A stretch of DNA of 64,000 bases, from NCBI GenBank assembly GCA_963717935.1, contig CAVQXP010000004.1, positions 726,423 through 790,422 of the forward strand, written 5' to 3'. The notes beneath the pieces were generated by a model. That model worked only from the letters and a program-made list of their open reading frames with translations. It had not been told where the DNA came from and made no database searches. This stretch comes from Candidatus Eiseniibacteriota bacterium (GTDB lineage: Bacteria; Eisenbacteria; RBG-16-71-46). Both the position numbers and the translations under genes were made by a program. Shown one piece after another: positions 1-11,573 of the stretch; positions within the stretch are counted from its first letter, which is position 1, and each line of letters starts with the position of its first letter.

Positions 1-1230
1 GCCGCGCGGGCCGGGCTGCTGCCGAAGCACCCACCGGGGTCGCCGGGACCCGCCGAAGGTGGGTCCGGGTCCGGGTCCGGGGAGGGCGCGCCGGCGCTGG
101 CGGTGCTGGTGGCCTACAACGAGACCGTGGACCAGTACCTGATGCGGCACCCGGAGTACTTCTTCGGCCGTTCGCCCGAGGCCGCGGTGGTGGACCCGCA
201 CAACCCGTACATCCTGGCGCAGCAACTCGCCTGCGCGGCGCTACGAACTGCCACTGACGCCGCGGGGACGAGGCGGTGTTCGGGCCGCAGACCGCGGGCG
301 ATCCTCGCGGCGCTCGAGGAGGCGGGGGAGACGCGCACGATCGATGGCCACACCTACTGGGCGAAGACGGACTTCCCGGCCGCGACCGTCAGCCTGCGCA
401 CCATCTCGGACAACACCTACACCATCATGGACGTGACCCGCGGGAACGCGGTGATCGGCACGGTGGACGCGATCAGCGCGCTGGAGCTGGTCTACCCCGA
501 GGCGGTCTACCTGCACGAGGGCGAGACCTGGTTCGTGAAGCGGCTGGACCTCGAGCAGAAGACGGCGCTGGTCGAGCCGCGCGTGGTGGACTACTACACG
601 CAGCCGGTGCTCGACACGAGCATCCGCGTGCGCGGCGAGCTGCAGGCGAAGACCTGGCGCGGGGAGCGCGCCGTGCTGGGCGAGCTGACCTACTCGTGGC
701 AGACGGTGGCGATGAAGAAGGTCAAGTTCCACTCGCTCGACGCCATCGGCTACCATCCGCTCGACCTGCCGCGGCTCACCCTCGAGACCACGGGCTTCTG
801 GCTGGCGCCCGGCGAGGCCGCCTGGAACGCGGTCGCGCGCCGGGGCCTCAACCCGGTCGAGGGGCTGATGGGCGTGCGCAACCTGTTCATCACGCTGCTC
901 GCGATGCTCAGCATGTGCGATCCGGCCGACCTGGGGGGCAAGATCGATTCGTCGAACCTCGGGCGCCCGGCGCTGTTCATGTTCGACCGCTACCCCGGCA
1001 GGCTGGGTTTCTGCGAGCAGGGCTGGGCGCGTCTCGACGAACTGGCGCAGGCCGCGCTCGAGCACCTCGAGGCCTGCGAGTGCGAGGGCGGCTGCCCGGC
1101 CTGCGTCGGGCTGCCGACCCTATGGCCCGCGCAGCAGCAGGATCCGGATCTGCAGAAGGGCCGCGAGATCCCGGGCAAGGAGGCGGCGCGCACGCTGCTC
1201 CGTCACTGGCGAGGAGAAGAGGACCGATGA
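1..1230 (+). CDS. C-terminal part of a DEAD/DEAH-box helicase with a DUF1998 (MrfA/YprA-like) four-Cys module; 5' end lies outside the window
   Basis: Frame 1 is open from position 1. The C-terminal motif CECEGGCPACVG is the four-Cys zinc module typical of the DUF1998 domain at the end of YprA/MrfA-type helicases. Stop TGA at 1228-1230 overlaps the next ATG (ATGA). Confidence 0.7.
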   Translation, partial: AARAGLLPKHPPGSPGPAEGGSGSGSGEGAPALAVLVAYNETVDQYLMRHPEYFFGRSPEAAVVDPHNPYILAQQLACAALRTATDAAGTRRCSGRRPRAILAALEEAGETRTIDGHTYWAKTDFPAATVSLRTISDNTYTIMDVTRGNAVIGTVDAISALELVYPEAVYLHEGETWFVKRLDLEQKTALVEPRVVDYYTQPVLDTSIRVRGELQAKTWRGERAVLGELTYSWQTVAMKKVKFHSLDAIGYHPLDLPRLTLETTGFWLAPGEAAWNAVARRGLNPVEGLMGVRNLFITLLAMLSMCDPADLGGKIDSSNLGRPALFMFDRYPGRLGFCEQGWARLDELAQAALEHLEACECEGGCPACVGLPTLWPAQQQDPDLQKGREIPGKEAARTLLRHWRGEEDR

Positions 1231-1985
1231 ACTCCCACGAATGGCCGGTCGCGTTCTTCGACGACGACTACCTGCGCATCTACCGCGCCATGATCTCGCC
1301 CGAGATGACCGCGAGCGAAGTGGACTTCCTCGAGGCGGCGATGGCTCTGCCCGCAGGCGGCGAGGTGCTGGACGTGGCCTGCGGCTACGGGCGGCACGCC
1401 ATCGGGCTGGCACGGCGCGGCTACCGGGTGACGGGCGTGGACTTCAACCCGCACTACCTCGCGGCGGCGGCAGGACGACGCGACCGCCGTCGGGGCCACG
1501 GTGCGCTGGGTGGCGGCCGACATGCGTGCGCTGCCTTTCGAGCGCGCCTTCGACGGCGCCTACTCGTACTTCACCTCGTTCGGCTACTTCTCGGACGAGG
1601 AGAACGAACGAGTGCTGGCGGGGTGGCGCGCGCGCTCGGCCCGGCGGGCGGTTCCTGCTCGATGTGCTGAATCGCGACTGGATCCTCACCCACCCGCAGC
1701 AGCGGGTCTGGAACCCGCTCGAGGACGGCTCGCTGCTGATGGAGGAGACCTCGCTGGAACTGCGGCGCTCGCTGGTGATGAATCGCCAGATCCACGTCGC
1801 GCCGCAGAGCGGAGCGCAGATCACCAAGGAGTTCACGCTGCGCGCCTACACCTGCGCCGAGCTGGAATCGCTCTGCACGCGCCACGGGCTCGTGGTGCGC
1901 GAGGTCTGGGGCGGGGCCGACCGCAGCGAGTACACGACCGAGAGCCGCCGGCTGATCCTGCTGGCCGAGCGCGGGCGATCGCGAT
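1227..1985 (+). CDS. Class I SAM-dependent methyltransferase, read through two apparent 1-nt frame breaks (near 1462-1475 and 1620-1640)
   Basis: ATG at 1227. Motif I is EVLDVACGYGRHAIGLARRGYRVTGVDFNPHYL in frame 3. The post-I motif VRWVAADMRALPFERAFDGAYSYFTSFGYFSDEENERVLAG continues in frame 1. The C-terminal part APGGRFLLDVLNRDW...LILLAERG continues in frame 2. Both breaks sit in G/C-rich runs. Confidence 0.6.
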
Positions 1986-2047
1986 GGCTGATCCCGGGCC
2001 CGCTGCGTGCGCGGCTCGGCGAGCTGGCGCGCGCGCGGAAGGCACGC

Positions 2048-3010
2048 ATGGGCGTCGATCCAGCGCCGCAGACCGGAGATCCTGCAGGGGCGGCGGGGCT
2101 TGCACGGACCGGAAGGCGGCCAGGTGCGGACACGCTCGCCTTCCGATCCGTGTCTGCGCCCCGCCGCGGAGATGATCTGGCGGGTGCCCCGTCCGTGTCC
2201 GGGTCCCGCGGAGTGCCACCGGGCTTCTCCGCGCCGGCCGTGGGCGTCGAGGAGTTCCTGCCCGGCGGCGAGTGGCGCGACAGCCCCGACTTCACCGGCC
2301 GGCAGGGCGCCGTCTACGTGCACGAGCGGCTGCGCTCCGGGATCGAGAAGCGGAAGCCCCACTGGGGCCGCATCGAAGCGCCGCCGCCGCACGAGCCGGC
2401 GCTGGTCGCGCTGGCGGCGCGCGGGCTCGAGCACGCGCTGTTCCTCGACCTCGAGACCTGCGGGCTCGCTTCGAGCACGGTCTTCCTGGCCGGCACCATG
2501 CACTGGAACGGCGAGGACTTCGTGCTGCGGCAGTACTTCGCGCGCCACTACGGCGAGGAGGGGCCGCTCCTGCGGGCGCTCAACGAGTCCATGGCCGGCT
2601 TCGAGCACCTGGTGACCTTCAACGGCAGGACCTTCGACGTGCCCTTCCTGCGGGAGCGCGCCGTGGTGCACGGCGTGCGGCTCGCGCTTCCGCCGCACCA
2701 CCTCGACCTGCTCCACGCCGCGCGTCGGCGCTGGCGGGGCGAGTTCGCCGACTGCCGCCTGAAGACCCTCGAGAGCCGGGTCTGCCGGCGCCATCGGGTG
2801 GGAGACGTGCCCGGCGAGGAGATCCCGGGTCTCTACCACGACTACGTGAAGCACGGCGACCCGTACCGGCTCGTGCCGGTGTTCCACCACAACCTGCTCG
2901 ACGTCATCACCATGAGCGACATCCTGCGCGCCCTGTGTCGCCCGGCGCGTGTGGCGACTGCGCCCGGGTCCGGGTCCTGCGGGCCGAAGGGCGGGCGTGC
3001 CCGCCCTTAG
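2048..3010 (+). CDS. MrfB/YprB-like RNase-H-fold (PF13482-type) exonuclease; the start is uncertain and it may be fused to the upstream methyltransferase in the same frame
   Basis: The FLDLETCGL DEDD-like motif, the later NGRTFDVPFL motif, and the C-terminal HNLLDVITMSDILRAL are typical of the YprB family. A possible start ATG at 2048 has GGAAGG 7 nt upstream, but frame 2 is open all the way from the methyltransferase. Confidence 0.55.
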   Translation: MGVDPAPQTGDPAGAAGLARTGRRPGADTLAFRSVSAPRRGDDLAGAPSVSGSRGVPPGFSAPAVGVEEFLPGGEWRDSPDFTGRQGAVYVHERLRSGIEKRKPHWGRIEAPPPHEPALVALAARGLEHALFLDLETCGLASSTVFLAGTMHWNGEDFVLRQYFARHYGEEGPLLRALNESMAGFEHLVTFNGRTFDVPFLRERAVVHGVRLALPPHHLDLLHAARRRWRGEFADCRLKTLESRVCRRHRVGDVPGEEIPGLYHDYVKHGDPYRLVPVFHHNLLDVITMSDILRALCRPARVATAPGSGSCGPKGGRARP

Positions 3011-3102
3011 CCGCCCGCCCGCCCCCTGCGCCCGTCCGTCCGCCTCGCTCGGCAAGGATCCACCGGGTCCGCCCCGCCTGCTTCGTGCCGGTCCCCAGGC
3101 CG

Positions 3103-3132
3103 TTGACACCCATCTTTTTGCCCTCCTATACT
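3103..3132 (+). promoter_or_regulatory. Near-consensus sigma70-type promoter (TTGACA, 18 nt, TATACT) upstream of the cold-shock-domain gene; it implies a leader of about 190 nt
   Basis: TTGACA at 3103-3108 and TATACT at 3127-3132. Cold-shock genes classically have long 5' UTRs. Confidence 0.45.
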
Positions 3133-3322
3133 CGTGCTGCAGTTCCTGAGTGGGCCGACCAGTCGAGCGTGGTTCGTCCGTGAATCTTCTGTCCCAGGTG
3201 AGTGCCCAGTCCTCGTTCCGGGTGGTTCGCCTCGCCCAGTCCATCGCCCTGGCGGGCGCTTGCCTGCCGGGGCATCCGTGTCTCTGTACCGTCCCGCTCC
3301 CTCGGAGGCTCCGCTCCGCGCC

Positions 3323-3964
3323 ATGACGAACGGCGAAGATCAGTCGATCAAGTGTGTGGATTGTGGCGAGCAATTCCTCTTCACGGCTGGCGAGCAGGCG
3401 TTCTACGCCGCCAAGGGACTGACGAACGCTCCCACGCGCTGCAAGGCGTGCCGCGAGGCGCGCAAACAGCAGCGTGCGGAAACGCCGCACGCGCCACGTG
3501 GCAGGGGCGGGCCCGCGGGGGGCGGGCCGCGCGAGATGCACACCGTGGTCTGCGCGGACTGCGGTGCCGAGACGCAGGTGCCCTTCCTGCCGGTCGCGAG
3601 CCGGCCGGTCTACTGCAAGAACTGCTACGAGTCGCACCGGCCCGGGCGTGCTGCGGGCGCGCGCCCGGCGCGCGGCCCGCACGCCGGGCCGCCGGCGGGC
3701 GCGCCGCACGGAGCCCGTGCGGGCCGTTCGTCCGCGCCGATCCCGGTGGAAGGTGGGGTGCACGCCCGTGGCCAGGTGAAGTCGTTCCACGAGGCCAAGG
3801 GGTTCGGCTTCATCCTCGATGAATCCGGCGAAGAGGTGTTCGTGCACTTCTCGGCTATCCTGGGCGAGGGTTTCCGAAGTCTCCGGGAGGGCGAGAAGGT
3901 CGAATTCGACGTGGTGATGGGTCCGAAGGGGAAACAGGCCGCCAACGTCGTGCGCATCGAATAG
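3323..3964 (+). CDS. Cold-shock-domain protein with two N-terminal CxxC...CxxC zinc ribbons
   Basis: Zinc ribbons: KCVDCGEQF...[10 protein letters not shown] and [10 protein letters not shown]...[10 protein letters not shown]-terminal cold-shock domain: [69 protein letters not shown] lies upstream of the ATG at 3323. Confidence 0.8.
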   Translation: MTNGEDQSIKCVDCGEQFLFTAGEQAFYAAKGLTNAPTRCKACREARKQQRAETPHAPRGRGGPAGGGPREMHTVVCADCGAETQVPFLPVASRPVYCKNCYESHRPGRAAGARPARGPHAGPPAGAPHGARAGRSSAPIPVEGGVHARGQVKSFHEAKGFGFILDESGEEVFVHFSAILGEGFRSLREGEKVEFDVVMGPKGKQAANVVRIE

Positions 3965-3983
3965 GCCCGGCAGGGCCGAAGGG

Positions 3984-4016
3984 GAAGGCCTCTGCGCCCG
4001 GGGCGCGGAGGCCTTC
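3984..4016 (+). terminator. GC-rich hairpin (15-bp stem with one mismatch, 3-4 nt loop) 20 nt after the cold-shock gene stop; no U-tract
   Basis: GAAGGCCTCTGCGCC-cgg-GGCGCGGAGGCCTTC. Confidence 0.4.
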
Positions 4017-4040
4017 CGTCAAGAGGTGGGACGCGACCGC

Positions 4041-5675
4041 ATGCTCGAGACCGTCAAGACCTTCACCGCGCTGAGCGAGGAGTTCGTGGAGGAGAGCCTG
4101 CGCCTGTGGCCGGTCGAGGCCACGGCGGCCGGCATCCACGACTACGACCACAGGCTGCCCGACGACACGGCGGAAGGCTTCCACGCGCGCGGCGCGTGGC
4201 TGCGCGACCTCGAGCAACGGCTCGCGGCCTCGGTGACCTGGGAGGAGTTGCCCACCGAACAGCGCGTGGACTACGCCCTGCTGCGCTCGCGCATCAGCGT
4301 GCTGCGCGCCGAATTCGAGGAGATCCGCGCCCACGCCCGCGATCCCGTTGCCTGCCTGCGCACGGCGCTCGACGGGGTGACGCTGCTGGTGACGCGTCCC
4401 TTCGCTCCGTTCGAAGAACGCAGGGAGGCGATCATCGGGCGCCTGATGGCGATCCCGGAGTACCTGGCCGCGGCGGGTGCGAGCCTCGGGCAGGTGCCCG
4501 GGGTCTGGGTGGAGCTGGCCCTGGAGGTCGCCGACGGGGGCCCGCCGTTCGTCAACGAAGTCGCGCACGCCCTGCTGCGTGCCTTTCCGACCGATGCCGA
4601 GCGCATCGAGCACGCGAGCGTGCGCGCCAGTGCGGGCTTCGCCGCCTTCCGGGAGACGCTCGAGCGCGACCTCGGCCCGCGTGCGGGCGGGGACTTCGCC
4701 CTGGGCGGGCGCTGGCTGGACTTCCGGCTCGAGCGCGAGCACCTGCTGCCGCTGAAGAACGAGGCGCTCGAGGAGCTCGGGCGCGAGCACGTGGCGCGTC
4801 TGCGGCGACTGCTGGAGAACGAGGCGCGGCGGCTCGACCCGCACCGTCCCTGGCGCGAGCAGATCGCGGAGATCCGCTGGCCGGAGGGGCCCCGCGCGCA
4901 GTGCGCGGCGCTCGGGGCCGAGCTCGAGCGAGCGCATCGTTTCGTCGTGGAGCGGCGGCTCGCGCCCCTGCCCGAGGTCCCGCTGGCGGTCGCGGAGGGG
5001 AGGACCTGGCAGCGCCCGCTCCACGCGGGGGTGGCCTACCTGCCGCCCGCGCCATTCGACCTCGATCCGGCGGGCATGTTGTTCGTGCCCGCGGGGGAAG
5101 GCGCGCGATGGTCCCCGACGCGGGCGGAACCGCCCGCGCGCACAGGGCCCGCGCTGGCCGCGGTGCGCCAGGGCTGGCCGGGGCTCCATCTGCAAGCGTC
5201 GCTCGCGATCCACTGCGGCTCGCGTCTGCGCCGGCTCGCGGCCAACCGCGTGTTCGCCGAAGGCTGGGCGCTCTACGCCGAGGAGTTGATGGCGGAGGAG
5301 GACTTCTGCACCTCGCCCGCCGACCGGCTCGGGCTCATCCTCGACCTGCTCGCGGGCGCCGGCTGCGCGGTCGCGGACGCGGGCCTGCACGGCGGGCGCA
5401 TGAGCCTCGTCGCCGCGGCCGGCTACCTCGCCGACGAGGCGCTGCTCGGGCGCGCCGAGGCGCTCGCCGAGGCGAAGCGACTGACCCTCGCGCCCGCGCA
5501 GGCCCTGGGCGGGCTCGTGGGCCGGCTGCAGATCCTCGAGCTGCGCGAAGAGGCGAAACGGCGCCTGGGCGCACGCTACGATCGACTCGACTTCCATGCG
5601 GCCCTGCTCGCGGGGGGCACGCTGCCGCTCGCGCTGATCGGGGAGGAACTGTGGGAGCGGCTGGGGGTGGGCTGA
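4041..5675 (+). CDS. DUF885 family protein; the HExxPGHH-type motif looks degenerate
   Basis: FAEGWALYAEELMAEE and the C-terminal FHAALLAGGTLPLALIGEEL are DUF885 hallmarks. AGGTGG lies 11 nt before the ATG at 4041. The motif region reads GWPGLHLQASLAIH. Confidence 0.6.
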   Translation: MLETVKTFTALSEEFVEESLRLWPVEATAAGIHDYDHRLPDDTAEGFHARGAWLRDLEQRLAASVTWEELPTEQRVDYALLRSRISVLRAEFEEIRAHARDPVACLRTALDGVTLLVTRPFAPFEERREAIIGRLMAIPEYLAAAGASLGQVPGVWVELALEVADGGPPFVNEVAHALLRAFPTDAERIEHASVRASAGFAAFRETLERDLGPRAGGDFALGGRWLDFRLEREHLLPLKNEALEELGREHVARLRRLLENEARRLDPHRPWREQIAEIRWPEGPRAQCAALGAELERAHRFVVERRLAPLPEVPLAVAEGRTWQRPLHAGVAYLPPAPFDLDPAGMLFVPAGEGARWSPTRAEPPARTGPALAAVRQGWPGLHLQASLAIHCGSRLRRLAANRVFAEGWALYAEELMAEEDFCTSPADRLGLILDLLAGAGCAVADAGLHGGRMSLVAAAGYLADEALLGRAEALAEAKRLTLAPAQALGGLVGRLQILELREEAKRRLGARYDRLDFHAALLAGGTLPLALIGEELWERLGVG

Positions 5676-5986
5676 CGCACAACCGTCGAGGCGTCCGGCT
5701 GCGCCACCCCGCCCTCACACGCCTTCGGAACTCGTCCGCGGGCGGCGGGGCGCAGACACGGGGCTCGCAGCGGGGGTCCCGGCCCCGGCCGACGCAGGAT
5801 GCGGCGGCCGGGGAATTGCCGGGGAGCGAGCACCGCCAGGGAAAGCCCGCGCAGCGCGCGGGCGCTGGCGGAGCGGAGCGTCCCCGCGAAGGGCCCCGCG
5901 TCTGCGCCCCGCCGCAGGTTCGATCGGGGGGGCATGACGAAGGGGCGGAGCCGTCAGGCTCCGCCCCTTCGGACACCCGGGGCTGC

Positions 5987-7297
5987 TACCAGTGGTACCC
6001 GACGCCGATGCCCACCGCGTTGACGAAGGTCTTGTACTCACCCGTGAACGTGTCGAGCGGGGACGGCAAGTCCGGCTCGAGCGCCACGCCGACGCGGGGC
6101 CGCGCGAAGATGGCGAGTTCGTAGACGTCCACCGTCCAGCGCTTGTCGGTCCCGAGACGCGCAGCCCAGGCCCAGCGTCAGGCCGTGGCGGTCGGCGTCC
6201 GGCAGCAGGGGCGTGACCGCGTTGACCGGCGCGGGCGACTTGTCGAAGTAGTAGCCGGCACGGTAGGCCAGGCAGCCGCGCCGGTACTCGGCCCCGGTGC
6301 GGGCCTGCCACGCGTTGCCGTAGTCCTCGATCTTGCGCTTGTCCGGCGTCAGAGCGCTCTCGAAGTCGATCGGCAGGTCGTTGAAGACCTTCCACTCGTG
6401 CACGTTGAAGTCCGCCTCGACCGTCCACGCGGGCTTCGGGTTCCACGCCGCTCCGACCGACCACATGGCGGGGAAGCGCAGCACCGTGCTGACGCCCTGG
6501 TCCTTCAATACCGCGGCCAACTGCTGCGTCCAGCAGCGAGATGCCCGTCGCGATGCTGGTGAAGTCGGCCGTGCCGTCGTCTATGTGCACCACGACCTTG
6601 CTGCGGTAGTAGGCGCCCAGCTTCCACTCGGACGTCGGCGTGAACAGCACGGCCGCGTTCCATCCCGGGGCGGGAGTGAAGTCCGACGTGAGGTCCACGT
6701 CCGCCACGTGTTCCGTGCCGAGGCCGTAAGCGCTCAGGTCCCGGTAGGCCTGGTTCTTGAGCCCCACCTTGGCCCACATCACGTCGCCACCGGCCGCGAA
6801 GCTCCACTTCTCGTTGGGCGCATAGGCCAGGCAGAGGCTGGCGTTGAGCCCCTGCAGGTCCGCCTTGGTGACGAGATAGCTGCCCGCGAAGGTCTCCGGG
6901 TCCCACTCGACGCCCAGGCCGAAAGGCGAGTTGATCCCGATGCCGACGGCCCAGCGCTTCGCCCAGCTGCGCGAGGCGTAGACCGTGGGCGGGTAGAAGG
7001 TCTGCCGGACCATGTCCGCCGAGCCGTCGGCGCCGGGGTAGGGGGCCTGGCCCGTGAACTCCGTGACGGGCTGCAGCGCGGTGCCGCCCACGTAGATCCA
7101 GGTCCCCTCGAGTCGGGTCATCGCGGCGGGGTTGAAGAACACCGCCGAGGCGTCGTTCACCGAAGCGGTGGCGGCGCCGGCCATCCCGAGGGCGGCGGCG
7201 CCCTGCTCGTAGATGCTGTATCCGGCCGCGTGGGCCAGCGTGGGGAGCAGGACGGCCACGAGCATCGCGGCGGCCAGCAGGGTCCGGATCGTTTCAT
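5987..7297 (-). CDS. fadL: Outer-membrane long-chain fatty-acid transporter of the FadL/OmpP1/TodX family, with about three internal frame breaks
   Basis: Signal peptide and SIYEQGAAALGMAGAATASVNDASAVFFNPAAMT at the N-terminus. C-terminus ...TFVNAVGIGVGYHW with a terminal aromatic residue, stop at 5987-5989. Middle segments lie in other frames. GAGGAG sits 10 nt before the ATG at 7297. Confidence 0.7.
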
Positions 7298-7301
7298 CGG
7301 G

Positions 7302-9140
<1,839 letters not shown>

Positions 9141-9475
9141 GCCGTGAACCTCAGGCCTTCCAGTGTCCGGAGTCCGGCCCCGGCACCCGGAGCCCTGTCG
9201 CAAGCGAAGCCCGGCACCGAGCCGGGCGTTCGGGAACGGTTAGCCTACTCATGACGTTCCCACAAGCACAAAGTGAGGAGCCCCGCGCTGGTCCAGGCTG
9301 GCCCCTCGTCCGTTGACATGTTCGGGGCCCTGCGGGAGAGTCGCTCCTCGAGTCCGGAGTTCCCGCCGCAACCGGGTCCGCCGGGGTGACCGCACCCGCG
9401 TCTGCCGGGTGCCCCGGGGGTGTCCCGGGGTGTGCGGGCGCCCAGCGGCACCCTCGCAGTGCCATGGAGGCCTTC

Positions 9476-10273
9476 ATGCGCATCCCCTCGTCCCCGGTCG
9501 CGTGGTGTGCCGCGTTCCCGGTCTTGATTCTGCTGCTGGCTCAGCCCACCCTTTCCCAGCCCGGGCACGGCCGCTCGGACGAACTGCTCGGGCAGGCCGC
9601 CGAGCGCTACGCCCACGCGGACCTCAAGGGCGCCCGGGCCAGCTACCTGGAGGCATTGAGCGCCGCGCCCGGGCGTTTCACGGTGCTTCACCGCCTGGCC
9701 CGCGTCGAGTCCATGCTGGCCGAGGACGCCTCGGGAGAGGACGCCCGCCGGCTCGTGGCGGCGGCTGTCGAGCACGCCCGCGAGGCGGTCAAGACCGCCC
9801 CGGACAGCGCGGCCGGCCACCTGGAGTTGGCGGTGGCGCTGGGGCGGCAGGCCCTCAAGGAAGGGCCCAAGACCCAGCTCTCGCTCTCCCGGGAGATCAA
9901 GTCCGAGGTGGAACGGACCCTGGCCCTGGACCCGGCCCTGGGCCGGGCCTGGCACGTCCTGGCGCTGTGGAACCGCAAGCTCGCGAGCCTCAATCTCATC
10001 GAGCGCACCGTCGCCAAGACCGTCCTGGGGGGGGTGCCGAAGGGGGCTTCGATGGAGAACGCGGTGGCGGACCTGCAGAAGGCCATCGAATTGGAGCCTG
10101 CCTACGTGAACCACCGGCTCGAGCTGGGGCGGACGTTCATGCAGCTGAAGCGCCGCGACGAAGCGCGTCGCGAGCTGGAACGCGCGGTCGCCCTGCCACC
10201 CGCGGGCGGCCCGCTCGACCCGAAATACAAGGCCGAGGCGCAGGAGTTGCTGGCCCGGCTCAAGAAGAACTGA
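9476..10273 (+). CDS. Secreted TPR-like protein, 13 nt upstream of the thiolase gene
   Basis: Signal peptide MRIPSSPVAWCAAFPVLILLLAQPTLSQ. Helical repeat character. Same strand as fadA and tightly spaced to it. Confidence 0.5.
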   Translation: MRIPSSPVAWCAAFPVLILLLAQPTLSQPGHGRSDELLGQAAERYAHADLKGARASYLEALSAAPGRFTVLHRLARVESMLAEDASGEDARRLVAAAVEHAREAVKTAPDSAAGHLELAVALGRQALKEGPKTQLSLSREIKSEVERTLALDPALGRAWHVLALWNRKLASLNLIERTVAKTVLGGVPKGASMENAVADLQKAIELEPAYVNHRLELGRTFMQLKRRDEARRELERAVALPPAGGPLDPKYKAEAQELLARLKKN

Positions 10274-10286
10274 CGCCCGGCTCCTC

Positions 10287-11573
10287 ATGACCGCCCCTGC
10301 GGTCTGGATCCTGGGCGGAATCCGCACGCCTTTCGCCAGGGCGGGGACGGCGCTCCGCCTCATGAGCGTCGTCGAGCTCGGGCGTCTGGCCGTGGGCGAG
10401 CTGCTGGCGCGCCACGAGTTGGATCCGGCGCGACTCGACGAGGTCATCCTGGGCAACTGCGCCCAGCCGGCCGAGGCCGCCAACGTCGCGCGCGTGACCG
10501 CCCTGCGCGCCGGCATCCCCGAGCGCGTGCCCGGACTGACCGTGCACCGCAACTGTGCCTCCGGCATGGAAGCCGTGGGGCTGGCCGCGGAGCGTATCCA
10601 GCTCGGGCGCGCGCAGCTCGTCCTGGCCGGCGGCATGGAATCCATGAGCCAGGTCCCGCTGCTGTTCCCGCCCGAATTCGGCGTCTGGCTCGAAGGCGTG
10701 ACCCGGGCGAAACACCCGCTCGCGCGCCTGGGCGCGGCACTGCGCTTCCGGCCCGCGCTGCTGCGGCCGCGGCCCGCGTTGCTCGAGGCGCTGCACGACC
10801 CGGTGTGCGGGCTCGGCATGGGGGAGACCGCGGAGCTCCTGGCACGCGAGTTCGACCTGCGGCGCGAGCGCCAGGACGAGTTCGCGCTCCTGAGCCACCA
10901 GCGTGCGGTGGCGGCGCGCGAAAGGCTGCGCGAGGAGATCGTGCCGGTCTTCCCGCCGCCCACCTGCGAGCTGATGCGCGACGACGCGGGGCCGCGCGAG
11001 GACCAGACGCTCGAGCAACTGGCGCGACTTCGGCCTTGCTTCGACCGGCGCAACGGCACGGTCACCGTGGGCAACGCCTGCCCGGTCACCGATGGGGCGG
11101 TGGCCCTCCTGGTCGGTGGCGAGGAGGCCGCGCGTGACTGGCCCGTGCCGCCGCTGGGGCGGGTGCGGGCCTGGGCGGTCGCGGGGCTCGAACCGCGGCG
11201 CATGGGGCTCGGGCCGGTCCACGCCATCGCGCGCGTGCTCGACGAGACCGGGTTTTCGCTCGAGGATTTCGAACTGTTCGAGATCAACGAAGCCTTCGCC
11301 GTTCAGGTGCTGGCCTGTCTCGAGGCGGCCAGGTCCGTGCCGTTCGCGCGCGCCGAACTGGGCCGCGACCGGGCGCTGGGCGAGATCCCGCTCGAGCGGC
11401 TCAACGTGAACGGCGGGGCCATCGCGCTGGGGCACCCGGTGGGGGCGAGCGGGGCGCGGCTGCTGCTCACGCTGCTGCTCGAGATGCGCCGCCGCGGGGC
11501 GAAGCGCGGGCTCGCGGCGCTGTGCGTGGGTGGCGGACAGGGCGCTGCCTTCGTGCTGGAGCGTGACGGATGA
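10287..11573 (+). CDS. fadA: Acetyl-CoA C-acyltransferase (3-ketoacyl-CoA thiolase)
   Basis: ILGGIRTPFARAG...NCASGMEAV...NGGAIALGHPVGASGARLL...CVGGGQG thiolase signatures. ATGA overlap with the next gene. Confidence 0.85.
   Translation: MTAPAVWILGGIRTPFARAGTALRLMSVVELGRLAVGELLARHELDPARLDEVILGNCAQPAEAANVARVTALRAGIPERVPGLTVHRNCASGMEAVGLAAERIQLGRAQLVLAGGMESMSQVPLLFPPEFGVWLEGVTRAKHPLARLGAALRFRPALLRPRPALLEALHDPVCGLGMGETAELLAREFDLRRERQDEFALLSHQRAVAARERLREEIVPVFPPPTCELMRDDAGPREDQTLEQLARLRPCFDRRNGTVTVGNACPVTDGAVALLVGGEEAARDWPVPPLGRVRAWAVAGLEPRRMGLGPVHAIARVLDETGFSLEDFELFEINEAFAVQVLACLEAARSVPFARAELGRDRALGEIPLERLNVNGGAIALGHPVGASGARLLLTLLLEMRRRGAKRGLAALCVGGGQGAAFVLERDG

Noticed and set aside
276-1670. 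A 464-aa Arg/Gly-rich ORF in frame 3 that overlaps the helicase gene
   Set aside because: Only its last part, from the ATG at 1227, is the real methyltransferase gene. The upstream 950 nt is an alternative-frame artefact typical of 70% GC DNA.
1571-3847. A 758-aa minus-strand ORF
   Set aside because: It is antisense to the methyltransferase/exonuclease and cold-shock genes. It has Arg/Ala/Gly-rich low-complexity composition and no motifs.
4106-6124. A 672-aa plus-strand ORF rich in Arg, Gly and Ala
   Set aside because: It overlaps DUF885 in another frame and runs into the convergent fadL. This is a GC-rich reading-frame artefact.
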